Shown one piece after another: positions 19,059 to 28,162 of a DNA stretch of 64,000 nt; the stretch's first letter is position 1, and the number at the start of each line of letters is the position of its first letter. Origin of the DNA: Acidobacteriota bacterium (GTDB lineage: Bacteria > Acidobacteriota > UBA890 > WLXD01); assembly GCA_963666055.2 (NCBI GenBank), contig CAXWPH010000015.1:1216001-1280000 (forward strand), in the 5' to 3' direction. The position numbers and the translations under genes were made by a program. A model generated the notes under the pieces. That model made no database searches. It was not told the DNA's origin and saw only the letters and a list, made by a program, of their open reading frames with translations.

Positions 19059-19721
19059 ATGCTCTGGAATGCCACCGTGAAACTGCTTGCGCTGCAGATT
19101 GCCGCCGCGCCCACCGTTGGTGCTACGCGGCTGCCCGCCGCAACGACTCATGATCAGGGGCCAGTGAACGTCGTAGTTTCCGATCGCTTCGGCTTTAGAG
19201 AGAGCTTCCTAGCGGCGATCAGCAAGGATGTGCTGGAAATCCTTCGCAGCGTCGGTATCGACGCCACATGGTCTCCCGAAGAGCCGGTGAACGCGGAGGC
19301 TGGAAGCCACCGGTGGAAGCTCGACGGCGCGGGATCTTTCCTCGTGGTTTTCTCCGGCAAATCGCCTTCGGCGTGGGGGGTGAAGCGCCGGGGAATGGGT
19401 ATCGTGGTATCGGAGCCCCGTCCTCGCCGGCACGTCATCATCTTCCCGGAGAGAGTGCTGCGAGTATTGGATGCGGATCGACACGCGGGCCGGCCGCTGG
19501 CCGCCAGGCGCAGCCAGCAGATAGCTCGGGCGTTTGCCAGAGTCGTCGTGCACGAGCTCGTCCACGCGATCGCACCCGAGCACTCGCACGCCAAGCAGGG
19601 TCTGATGCGCGGCACGCTGAATCGCCAGCTTCTGTTGTCTCGGGAGCTGCCAGTTGACCCTGCATGTCACGCCGCCATCGTCGGGGCGCTGCAGTCACCT
19701 GGGGCCGGCGTGCTCCCGTGA
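19059..19721 (+). CDS. Putative secreted zincin-like protein
   Basis: ARVVVHELVHAIAPEHSHAKQGLM gives HExxH, a third His and a Met-turn. Confidence 0.65.
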   Translation: MLWNATVKLLALQIAAAPTVGATRLPAATTHDQGPVNVVVSDRFGFRESFLAAISKDVLEILRSVGIDATWSPEEPVNAEAGSHRWKLDGAGSFLVVFSGKSPSAWGVKRRGMGIVVSEPRPRRHVIIFPERVLRVLDADRHAGRPLAARRSQQIARAFARVVVHELVHAIAPEHSHAKQGLMRGTLNRQLLLSRELPVDPACHAAIVGALQSPGAGVLP

Positions 19722-19763
19722 GTCGCAGGTGGTGAGGCAGTCAGACCCGTTGGCATGAACGAA

Positions 19764-19794
19764 GACGCCCTCGAGCCTATGACCCGAGGGCGTC
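19764..19794. terminator. GC-rich hairpin between convergent genes
   Basis: GACGCCCTCG-N11-CGAGGGCGTC; no clear U-tract. Confidence 0.35.
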
Positions 19795-19849
19795 GTTCGG
19801 TCCGGTCGGGCTCGGCGTTCCGGAGGAGGCGCCGAGCCTTCCGGGGTTG

Positions 19850-20290
19850 TCAGTGTGAGTGCGCCAACACGTCAGCGCTGCCCTGCAGCCGGCTGTACAC
19901 CCAGCCGAGCAAGGCGCCGAACACCAGGTGGCCCACCAGGCTGGGCAGCATCTGGGTAGCGGCCTGGAAGCTCCAGTTCACGCCCAGTCCCATACCCATG
20001 AACAGCGGCATCAAGGTGAGGGGACCGAGCACCCACCAGGTGGCGCCAAAGGCGAGGCCGTATCCGACCCCCCGCCCGGCGCCGTCGATCCGGTTGCCGA
20101 GCAGGACCGCGAATGTGGCGCCGATCACGGCGCTGATGACCAAGTGTACGAACATCCCGTACACCGCCGAAGCATAGCCGGCCATGGCACCGATCATCGG
20201 AAGCATGCCCATCATCGCCATCATGGCCCCGAAGACAACACCGCCGGCCAGACCGCCGAGGATTCCGTTCTTGAGACTCGAGCTATTCAC
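19850..20290 (-). CDS. Met/Gly-rich four-helix membrane protein
   Basis: MMAMMGMLPMI, VHLVIS and GHLVFG; GAGGAGG RBS before the GTG start. Confidence 0.75.
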   Translation of the reverse strand: MNSSSLKNGILGGLAGGVVFGAMMAMMGMLPMIGAMAGYASAVYGMFVHLVISAVIGATFAVLLGNRIDGAGRGVGYGLAFGATWWVLGPLTLMPLFMGMGLGVNWSFQAATQMLPSLVGHLVFGALLGWVYSRLQGSADVLAHSH

Positions 20291-20380
20291 TGAGATATCC
20301 TCCTCTGATTCCGTGAGCTTGGAAGCGACGTCATTCCTTCGATCGCCTCCTGGCCGGCTCTGAGTGCCAGCCTCGCTTAG

Positions 20381-20409
20381 TGAGTGCGCTCGGGTGCCGA
20401 GTTCTTACA
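20381..20409 (-). promoter_or_regulatory. Putative ECF sigma promoter A
   Basis: Minus strand TGTAAGAA-N14-GCACTCA, pointing at the 20290 gene. Confidence 0.7.
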
Positions 20410-20429
20410 GCGGCGAGTTGAGTCCCTCG

Positions 20430-21038
20430 GTGAAGTCAGCAGCCCGTAAGCATCGCTCCGACTCCTTTGGGGACGCCGCGTTCGTGGAACGCCTGCGCGC
20501 CGGCGATGAGCAGGCGACACGGGCCGTAGTGACGACCTACTTGCCGCAGATCGTTCGAACGGCCCGCGGCGCAGGCTTCAGCCCGTCGCAGGCAGATGAC
20601 GTCGCCCAAGCCACCTTTGTCACCTTTCTGGAGGTCGTGTCTCGCTTCGAAGGCAGGTCGCACGTGCGCACGTTTCTCTTCGGCATCCTCTATCGGAAGA
20701 TCGCCGAGGCGCGTCGAGGTCTGGGCCGCGATCGGCGAGCGGATGCGATCGATGAAGTAATGGAGGACCGCTTCGCGCCCGACGGTCAATGGCTGAAGGC
20801 ACCGCGCCCGATCGACCTGCGCGTCCACGATGCCGAGGTCCGGCAGAAGATCGGCGAGTGTCTCGAGAGTGTGCCCGTCGCCCAGAAAATGGCCTTCCTC
20901 CTGCGCGAGGTCGAAGAGCTCGAAACCGCCGAGATCTGTAAGATCCTCGAAGTCTCACGCACTAACCTGGGTGTGTTGCTGTATCGGGCGCGCAACCGCC
21001 TGCGAGAATGTCTCGAGAGCCAGGGCGTGAGGGGCTAG
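20430..21038 (+). CDS. ECF RNA polymerase sigma factor (TIGR02943/ECF13-like)
   Basis: ADDVAQATF, FEGRSHVRTFLFGIL, FAPDGQW and LREVEELETAEICKILEVSRTNLGVLLYRARNRLRECL. Start uncertain. Confidence 0.9.
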   Translation: MKSAARKHRSDSFGDAAFVERLRAGDEQATRAVVTTYLPQIVRTARGAGFSPSQADDVAQATFVTFLEVVSRFEGRSHVRTFLFGILYRKIAEARRGLGRDRRADAIDEVMEDRFAPDGQWLKAPRPIDLRVHDAEVRQKIGECLESVPVAQKMAFLLREVEELETAEICKILEVSRTNLGVLLYRARNRLRECLESQGVRG

Positions 21039-21041
21039 GAC

Positions 21042-21329
21042 ATGAAGATGATGCTCAGCTGCGAGGAGGCCTGCCGTAAGATCGCCAGCGACGAGTACGC
21101 CGAGGCGGGCCGGTGGGAGCGCCTCCAAATTCGATTTCACCTGTGGTTGTGTGGCGATTGCCGCGGCTACGCGCGCCAGCTGCGCGAACTCGGTACCTCG
21201 GTACGGCAGCTGGCACACGACACGCAGCCGCAAGCCTCCGACATCGAGCGCTTGGAAAGCGACATCCTCGCGGGTCTGAGCTCGCCCGACAGCGGCTCTG
21301 ATGATCTCCGTCGGGTCCCCCGCCCGTAG
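21042..21329 (+). CDS. Small soluble ZAS (zf-HC2) anti-sigma factor
   Basis: LSCEEA..HLWLCGDC (HxxxCxxC), no TM helix, 3 bp after the sigma gene. Confidence 0.88.
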   Translation: MKMMLSCEEACRKIASDEYAEAGRWERLQIRFHLWLCGDCRGYARQLRELGTSVRQLAHDTQPQASDIERLESDILAGLSSPDSGSDDLRRVPRP

Positions 21330-21445
21330 TCCCGTCGGTAAGTCGAGCTGGCGAAAGGAATCTAGACACTGCAGGTGTGCCGGAGACTGGGTCAGCGAGC
21401 CCACGCGGGTTGTCTCTCGAGCCACTGACCACGCCCGGCGTCGAA

Positions 21446-22354
21446 TCACGCCGCCGTCGAATTGGATAGGCCGGTCGTCGATTTCCGGATCACGGCCGTG
21501 CCTGCCGCGCGTGACTGGCCTGTCGCGGCGGGAACTGCGGGTTCGCGGTACGCGGGAACCTTGATGATCGCGAAGTTGCAACTCAGGTCGAAATCCCTCG
21601 GGGTAATGTGGGAGAAGTGTTTCATGACGGGCAGCAGTTGAGGCACCTCGTCCTCCGCTACTGAGCCCAAAGGCAGAAGCTCGCGGGTCGGCCGTATCAG
21701 AAAGCCGACGCTCTGGAAGGCCTTGGCGATCACCCCGGAGCACATCACCGCGAGGTCGGTACAGGCACCGATGCAAACTTGTGCACCCTTCTTCCTGAAC
21801 GGCCCGAAGTTGATCGGTAACAGCTGGAGCGCGAGGTCGATGATGTTGCGGTTGTCGTATTGTTTGCCCAAGTCGTTGATGGCTGTGTTGAGCACTCGTT
21901 GCAGCGCTCTGAGCTCGACGCCGATCGGCCGGCAGATACGCAGCTCGTGGTCTTCGTACTTGTTCAAGGGAACCGTAACGACGCCGTCTTTGACCAGCGC
22001 TTCGACAAGCAGCTTGTCCGCATAGTCGCCATACAGCTGCCGCAGATCGGCGCGTCGATCCGGATACCGCTCCCAGATCTCGTCACCGATGTACAGTGCC
22101 GCGTGCGTCCATTGGGATTGGGTGAACAATCTGACCCCTCGACTGAACCGTGTACGACCCTCGACCAGTATCACGTCGCCTTTGTGGAGCGTGCGAGCCA
22201 GCGCCTCCATGCTGTTTGCGACGATGTAGGTCGCGCCCGACTCTTCCGCGTCGAGGAAGCTGGCGACGCGCTCCTCGAGGTAGCAGACGATCCGGTTCCA
22301 CAACTTTTTCATGCCGCCCACGACGACAATCCGAGTCTCATGCCTGGCGTTCAT
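21446..22354 (-). CDS. Permuted papain-like NlpC/P60 (YiiX/YebB-like) cysteine hydrolase
   Basis: GDVILVEG, QWTHAALYIG, MCSGVIAKAF and HITPRDFD. His precedes Cys, as in the permuted family. Confidence 0.8.
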   Translation of the reverse strand: MNARHETRIVVVGGMKKLWNRIVCYLEERVASFLDAEESGATYIVANSMEALARTLHKGDVILVEGRTRFSRGVRLFTQSQWTHAALYIGDEIWERYPDRRADLRQLYGDYADKLLVEALVKDGVVTVPLNKYEDHELRICRPIGVELRALQRVLNTAINDLGKQYDNRNIIDLALQLLPINFGPFRKKGAQVCIGACTDLAVMCSGVIAKAFQSVGFLIRPTRELLPLGSVAEDEVPQLLPVMKHFSHITPRDFDLSCNFAIIKVPAYREPAVPAATGQSRAAGTAVIRKSTTGLSNSTAA

Positions 22355-24705
22355 GCTGCTGCTTCTCCGCCGACCCGTTCGGTCGGTGAGATTGCCGGCT
22401 GGACGATGGGAATCGGCGCCGGGGCTCCGGCTTCATGCCCTGTCGCCGCTTGCACGAGCCCCTCCGACGCGAAGGAATCGACCTGTACGGCTTCGTTGCG
22501 CGCTGTTTCGGCCACCGCGACCAACTCGGCCTCGGAGGCGCTGATGACGCCGGCGGCCACCGCCTTGGCAACCAAGCGGTCCGGGGCGTCCTTCACCAGC
22601 GTGCCCTGGCGCACCGCGACTTTGATTTTCCGGGCCACCGGTTCGGCCTCGAAGCTGGTGCGGAAGGCCCGTTCGAGGCGACCGAGGCTCTCGGTTTCGT
22701 CGACGGGAACGTAGACACCATCGGTAAGAGCGTCGCGCTGCGCCCCCGGCGTCTGCAAGATGCGGGCAACCTGACTGCCGAGTCGGTCGGCAGGTTGGCG
22801 CCCGATTGGGTTCAATCGTGACCACGTTGCAACCGGGCCGCGCAGGAACGCTCCGACGACGGGAATGTCGAGGTTCTGGAAGAGACCTTCGAAGCCTTCC
22901 TGAATGCGGGCTAGCGCATACTGCATCGACCAGTGGAGCAGCGGCAGATCCTCTTTGCGGCGACCCTCCACCTCGAACCGCACCAGGACCGAATTGCTCA
23001 GGTACATCCACGAGAAGATGTCGGCGAAGCGTCCGGTAAGCGCTCCCCTGCGCTTGAGGTCACCGCCCAGCGCCGCCATTGCCAGGTCTGCGAGCAGCGC
23101 AAAATTGGCCGATGCCCATGCCAGCTTCCGATAATAGGGTGCCGCGGGACCGGCAACTGGAGAGCTGGCCAACCGGCCGCGGTTGAGGCTCAGACCGATT
23201 GCCCGGCCGAGGTTACGGGCGATGTGGACCACATGACCCCAGAATGCTTCGTCGAATGCCTCGAGGTCGTTTGCCGCCAACGCCTTGATCTCCCGGTAGG
23301 CGTACGGATGCGAGCGAATAGCACCCTGGCCGAAGATCATCAGAGTGCGGGTCAAGATGTTGGCGCCCTCGACGGTGATGCCGATGGGTGTGCCGATGTA
23401 GCCATGGGCCAAGAGGTTGCGAGGCCCGCGGGCGATTCCGGCTCCGCCGAGGATATGCATGCCGTCGTTGATTGCCTGGCGAGCGAGCTCGGTAAAGCTG
23501 TACTTGGTGATCGCTGTGACTACGGCAGGCTTGGCGCCGGCGTCGAGGCCACCGTTGGTGTAGCGCCGCGCCGCCTCCAGCAGGTAGGCGAAGCCGCCGA
23601 TGCGCGCCAGGGGCTCTTCGATGCCTTCGAACTTTCCGATCGATGTGCCGAATTGCTGGCGCACCGCAGCATAGGCTCCGGCGACCCGCGCCACCATCTT
23701 GGTGCCGCCCGCGCTGAGCGCCGGTAACGAGATCCCCCGGCCGGCCGCCAGGCTCTCCATCAACATTTGCCATCCGCGACCGGCACCCTCGGCGCCGCCG
23801 ATGATGGCGCTGACAGGCACCACGACATCCGCTCCCTCAGTCGGACCGTTGTGGAACGGCACGCCGAGCGGATCGTGCCGGCGACCGATCTGTATGCCCA
23901 TCGTGTCGCTGGGAATCAACGCACAAGTGATTCCCGGATCGGTGCCGTTGCCGAGCAGATTGTCGGGATCGCGAAGCTTGAAAGCGAGCCCGAGCACAGT
24001 AGAGATGGGCGCCAACGTGATGTACCGCTTTTCCCAGTTCAGTCGCAGGTAGAGGTCGCCGTCCTCGCCGCGAAAGACGGTCCCTTCCGACGACAGGGCG
24101 CCCGCGTCGGAGCCGGCGCCGGGCTCGGTGAGAGCGAAACAGGGAATCTCTTCGCCTCGCGCCAGCCGCGGTAGGTAGTAGCTTTTCTGCTGCTCGGTCC
24201 CGTAATGGATGAGCAGCTCGGCAGGCCCCAGGGAGTTCGGCACCATGACGGTGACGGCCAGAGGCATCGAGCGCGACGCGAGCTTGGCAACCACGGCGCT
24301 GTTCGCTGAGGCGGAAAACCCGAGACCGCCGTATTCTCTCGGAATGATCATGCCCAAGAAGCGGTTGGCCCTGAGATGCTCCCAAACCTCCAGGGGCAAG
24401 TCTCTCTGCTGGTGAACCTCCCAGTCGTCGGTCATGCGACAGACCTCTTCGACCGGTCCGTCGAGAAACGCTTGCTCCTCCGCACTCAAGCCCGCAAAGG
24501 GCTCACCGAGGAGCCGCTTGAAGTCGGGCTTACCCGAAAACAGCTCGCCGTCTACCCAGACCGTGCCGGCATCGATGGCGGTGCGCTCGGTCTCGGAGAT
24601 TTTCGGTAGAAGCTCGAGGCGTCTCAGCAGCTTCATGACCGATGCCGTGAGCAGACGACGGCGCAGCGTGACGAGGATCCCGTAGGCCGATTTGAAGACG
24701 TTCAT
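22351..24705 (-). CDS. fadE: Acyl-CoA dehydrogenase, FadE type
   Basis: TVMVPNSLGPAELL, PCFALTEPGAGSDA, KRYITLAP, GRGISLP and ITVEGANILTR, plus a long FadE-type C-terminus. Confidence 0.9.
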   Translation of the reverse strand: MNVFKSAYGILVTLRRRLLTASVMKLLRRLELLPKISETERTAIDAGTVWVDGELFSGKPDFKRLLGEPFAGLSAEEQAFLDGPVEEVCRMTDDWEVHQQRDLPLEVWEHLRANRFLGMIIPREYGGLGFSASANSAVVAKLASRSMPLAVTVMVPNSLGPAELLIHYGTEQQKSYYLPRLARGEEIPCFALTEPGAGSDAGALSSEGTVFRGEDGDLYLRLNWEKRYITLAPISTVLGLAFKLRDPDNLLGNGTDPGITCALIPSDTMGIQIGRRHDPLGVPFHNGPTEGADVVVPVSAIIGGAEGAGRGWQMLMESLAAGRGISLPALSAGGTKMVARVAGAYAAVRQQFGTSIGKFEGIEEPLARIGGFAYLLEAARRYTNGGLDAGAKPAVVTAITKYSFTELARQAINDGMHILGGAGIARGPRNLLAHGYIGTPIGITVEGANILTRTLMIFGQGAIRSHPYAYREIKALAANDLEAFDEAFWGHVVHIARNLGRAIGLSLNRGRLASSPVAGPAAPYYRKLAWASANFALLADLAMAALGGDLKRRGALTGRFADIFSWMYLSNSVLVRFEVEGRRKEDLPLLHWSMQYALARIQEGFEGLFQNLDIPVVGAFLRGPVATWSRLNPIGRQPADRLGSQVARILQTPGAQRDALTDGVYVPVDETESLGRLERAFRTSFEAEPVARKIKVAVRQGTLVKDAPDRLVAKAVAAGVISASEAELVAVAETARNEAVQVDSFASEGLVQAATGHEAGAPAPIPIVQPAISPTERVGGEAAA

Positions 24706-24809
24706 TTCGCTCCTCTTTCCCTCGACGAGGGCATGTCGGGTTGGCGGCCTCTCGGGTGGACGGTCGGGCGGCGCTCGACCCGGGCTGATTGTTCGCTCAG
24801 CTTCGTCGG

Positions 24810-24839
24810 TGAGTGGCGGGTGTCCGGAGAGTTGTTACG
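24810..24839 (-). promoter_or_regulatory. Putative ECF sigma promoter D (variant)
   Basis: Minus strand CGTAACAA-N15-CCACTCA, ~105 bp upstream of fadE. Confidence 0.5.
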
Positions 24840-25064
24840 GGACGAAGCGCGTAGCTGTAAGCGCACCCACATGGAGGGTGACGCTGGGCATCGGCGGAAC
24901 CGACCCTACGACCGCGGCGCCAGCTCGAGGTACCAGGCTAGCTCGTTCCTGAGCTTGCCGTTGAAGCTCTCAACCTCGAGCACGCGCGCGACGCGTTCCT
25001 CCTACTGGGCGAGTGGAGTTCGATGTCGGGGCCTCGTCAGGATCGCACTCGGGAGCGGCGCAGG

Positions 25065-25093
25065 TGTAAGAAACCGCGACTCGGCCGCACTCA
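25065..25093 (+). promoter_or_regulatory. Putative ECF sigma promoter B
   Basis: TGTAAGAA-N14-GCACTCA, ~50 bp upstream of 25145. Confidence 0.7.
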
Positions 25094-25144
25094 TCACACG
25101 GAGCGCGGCAATGGAGCGCGCGCACTGGGCAGGAGGATACTCTC

Positions 25145-25654
25145 ATGCGAAAGACGCTAGGAGCGTTGGCGCTGACGGCTTTGGCGGCGGTGACAATATC
25201 ACTGTCGTTTCCGGCCGCGGCTGATGCTCAGCATCACTATCGTGGTGGCTACTACGGGCATCACTACAGTTATGGATACTACGGGCACCCCTTCTACGGC
25301 CCTGGCTACGGTTTCGGCGGCTACGGTTCCTTTGGCAACCGGACGGAGCGGTCGCACCTAGGAGCCGTGCGGATCGAGGTCAACCCGAAGAAGTCCCGCG
25401 AGGACATCCAAGTTTTCCTTAACGGAGCGTACGCCGGGGTCGTCGATAACTTCGACGGGTCCGCGCAGCGCCTTTACCTGGTGCCAGGAGAGTACGAGCT
25501 GGAGCTCAGGCTCGATGGGTATGACTCCATTCGCATGACCCTCTACGCCAGTGCCGGCACCACTCACAAGATTCGCGGCGAGATGAAGCGTCTGGTCGGA
25601 GACGGCGGTAATGAGGCCGACGACGTGTCATCCACGGCGCGGTCCACGAGCTGA
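25145..25654 (+). CDS. Exported PEGA-domain protein with a Tyr/Gly/His-rich linker
   Basis: Signal peptide, YGHHYSYGYYG tract, VFLNGAYAGVVDNFDG..LVPGEYELELRLDGY. Confidence 0.8.
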   Translation: MRKTLGALALTALAAVTISLSFPAAADAQHHYRGGYYGHHYSYGYYGHPFYGPGYGFGGYGSFGNRTERSHLGAVRIEVNPKKSREDIQVFLNGAYAGVVDNFDGSAQRLYLVPGEYELELRLDGYDSIRMTLYASAGTTHKIRGEMKRLVGDGGNEADDVSSTARSTS

Positions 25655-25871
25655 ACGGAACGCCGACGGTAGCCCCGGGGTCATCAGAGCCGGGTCTGAA
25701 GAGCCTCTCCGACCGGAGGGGCTCTTCGAGTTTGTCACACGCCAGTTCCCGAGAGCACACTGCGATCCCCATGCCGCTCGATCTGCGAGGAGCTTGGACG
25801 AAACGACCACGCCTGGCCCCCGCGTACTCAGCCGGCGGAGAAAGTCGTGTCGCCGGATCTCGTCTGGGGTG

Positions 25872-25929
25872 CGACGATGCGCCGCGGCATCGCCAGCCTC
25901 GCCGCGCCTTGATCTCGCCCGCAAATCCC
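25872..25929 (+). repeat. Degenerate internal module of the MITE family
   Basis: CGACGATG..GGCATCGCC..CCTTGATCTCGCCCGCAA aligns with the reverse complement of copy 1. Confidence 0.6.
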
Positions 25930-26009
25930 ATCTGCGGCGCTATCGATTCCCCTGGTACAGGCCACTAGTACGCTATGTAAGCGACGATACGGGCGCCTCG
26001 ACGCGCAGC

Positions 26010-26038
26010 TGTAAGAAACCCCGATAGCCTTGCACTCA
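26010..26038 (+). promoter_or_regulatory. Putative ECF sigma promoter C
   Basis: TGTAAGAA-N14-GCACTCA, ~55 bp upstream of 26092. Confidence 0.7.
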
Positions 26039-26083
26039 CCATCGAGTGGCGCACTAGACCCACTCTCAAGCCAACTCGATGGA
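26035..26083 (+). repeat. 49-nt 5-prime leader element, copy 2
   Basis: 9-bp stem CCATCGAGT/ACTCGATGG whose 3-prime end overlaps the GGAGG RBS. Confidence 0.75.
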
Positions 26084-26091
26084 GGATGGAA

Positions 26092-26427
26092 ATGACCAAG
26101 CTGCGCAGTTGGATGCTGTTGTCCCTTGCCCTACCCACCATGGCCATTGCCAGTTCGGCCACCCCGCTGTCGCACCAGGTGCCTCAGTACCGCGGCGAGA
26201 TCAACGCGATCCAGACGGACGTGCTGGTTCTGGACGACCAGGGACTGCCGGTGGTCGGTCTGACGTTGGACGACTTCGAGCTCTACGAGGACGGCGTCAG
26301 ACAGCGGCTGTCCAGTGTCCAGATGATCGGCTCGCGCTCTGACGAGGCGACGGTGGAGGTTACGCCACGCCGATTTGTCTTCGTCATCAACCGGCTGGGC
26401 GCCAGGCCCGTATCGCCGGGCCCTTGA
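26092..26427 (+). pseudogene. N-terminal fragment of an exported VWA-related protein
   Basis: Signal peptide and DVLVLDDQGLPVVGLTLDDFELYEDGVRQ; ends just as the VWA domain begins (RRFVFVIN). Confidence 0.7.
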
Positions 26428-28162
26428 AGGTTCCGATTCAGCGGTGGTCGTTTACTCGGATGGACGGGACGTGCGGGTTATTCAGCCGGATCGGCTGCTC
26501 TACCAGCTGACGCCGACGCCGGCGATGTCCGGTTCTTCCTCGCCTTCGTTTTCCATGGGGCCGTCGGCGGGCCTGGCCGAGGCGGAGCGTGCCGAGCTGC
26601 GCGAGAAGGATTATCAGCGCGCAGCTCAGCTGTATGAGGCACTCCTGGCCGGCGCCGAATCGAGCCAGCGCCCTCTGTTGCTGCATAGGCTGGCGCGCAC
26701 CTCGAGGAAAGCCGGACTCCGAGACGACGCCCTCCGTTACTATCGCGAGCTCGAACTGGCGGGGGCGGACCTGATCGGGGCGCTACCTTCCGATCTCGTG
26801 GCCAACTTCGAGCTCTGCTCGATCTGGGCGGACGAAGCCGCCACCGATAAGCTGACGGCCAGCGCTCTGGCGCTTTACAGAGGCCTGGTCGAGGGCCGCT
26901 GGCGGTTGGAGAGGCCACGGTATCTGTTCTACGCGGACGCCGCCTGGCGGTGGTTGCAAACCGGCCCGCAACTACCGAATGAGGCTCTGCGCCTGCGCGA
27001 GGCGGAGCAGCAGAAGCTCCCTCTGAGCGAGGCCGTCGAGGGGTTCTTGCAAAGCCCGCGACGTCTGATTTCAAGTGACGGCGGGGTGTCGTTGGCTTTT
27101 TGGCGCTCGGATCCGCTTGTCGCTTTGCTGCTGCCAGACGAGTTTGTCAAAGCTCGGATCTGGGAGCGGCTCTCGGCGCCCACGACCGCCGCGGGGCTCA
27201 GGGTAGCTCTAGTGGGGTCAGATCGGAGAGTAGTATTCGGCGACAGTCTTCCGTCCAGGGCGCGCCTCGACGTGAGGCGCGATCTGGCCGAGATCGGCAT
27301 GCCTTTGCGGTTGCACGTCTGGCCCGTGGATACGGCGCTGCTGTACGCGGACTTGAATCGACGTCAGAATCTGTACTTGTCGATGCTGGCGTTCGTGATC
27401 GCTTTCCTTGGCTTCGGCAGCTACCTCACGGTGCGTACGGTCAGAAGGGAGCTGCAGATCGCGACGCTGAAATCGGAGTTCGTCTCCGCCGTTTCGCACG
27501 AGTTCCGCTCGCCCCTGACCGGCATCCGTCAGCTCGCGGAGATGCTGCTGCGGGGTCGAATCAAGAGCGAGACAAGGCGTCAGGACTACTACGAGATGAT
27601 CGTACGCGAAAGCGGCCGCCTGACTCGGCTTGTCGAAAACGTCCTCGATTTTTCCCGCATCGAAGAGGGCCGCAAACACTATGACTTCCAGCGGCTCGAT
27701 CCCACCGAGTGGTTGCCGTCGCTGGTGGAGGAGTTCCGGTTGGAGGTAGCCGACCGGCAGGTTTCTGTCGTGGCCGAGATCCCGGAGGCCTTGCCCACCC
27801 TTCGGGGCGACCGCGAGGCGCTGACCTGCGCTGTGCACAACCTGCTGGACAACGCGGTCAAGTACGCCGGGGAGTCGAACAGGGTGTGGCTGAGCGCCGC
27901 GGCGGTCGATGAGACGCTGTCGATACGGGTCCGCGACGAAGGTGTCGGGATCTCCGAAGAAGACCAGCAGCACGTCTTCGAGAAGTTCTTTCGGGGCGGG
28001 GGCGAGACCCCGCAGGAGGTGAAAGGAGTGGGGCTCGGGCTTAGTTTGGTGCAGCAGATCGTGAAGGCGCACGGCGGCTCAATCGCGCTCGAGAGCCGGC
28101 TCGGCCACGGCAGCACGTTTTCGATCCAGCTGCCGGCGGCGCCGACGGTGAGGCAAGCGTGA
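26375..28162 (+). CDS. Sensor histidine kinase, probably 5-prime truncated
   Basis: TM helix, H-box VSHEFRSPL, NLLDNAVKY, DEGVGI and GVGLGL. No first TM helix and no clear start. Confidence 0.85.
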   Translation: MSSSSTGWAPGPYRRALEGSDSAVVVYSDGRDVRVIQPDRLLYQLTPTPAMSGSSSPSFSMGPSAGLAEAERAELREKDYQRAAQLYEALLAGAESSQRPLLLHRLARTSRKAGLRDDALRYYRELELAGADLIGALPSDLVANFELCSIWADEAATDKLTASALALYRGLVEGRWRLERPRYLFYADAAWRWLQTGPQLPNEALRLREAEQQKLPLSEAVEGFLQSPRRLISSDGGVSLAFWRSDPLVALLLPDEFVKARIWERLSAPTTAAGLRVALVGSDRRVVFGDSLPSRARLDVRRDLAEIGMPLRLHVWPVDTALLYADLNRRQNLYLSMLAFVIAFLGFGSYLTVRTVRRELQIATLKSEFVSAVSHEFRSPLTGIRQLAEMLLRGRIKSETRRQDYYEMIVRESGRLTRLVENVLDFSRIEEGRKHYDFQRLDPTEWLPSLVEEFRLEVADRQVSVVAEIPEALPTLRGDREALTCAVHNLLDNAVKYAGESNRVWLSAAAVDETLSIRVRDEGVGISEEDQQHVFEKFFRGGGETPQEVKGVGLGLSLVQQIVKAHGGSIALESRLGHGSTFSIQLPAAPTVRQA

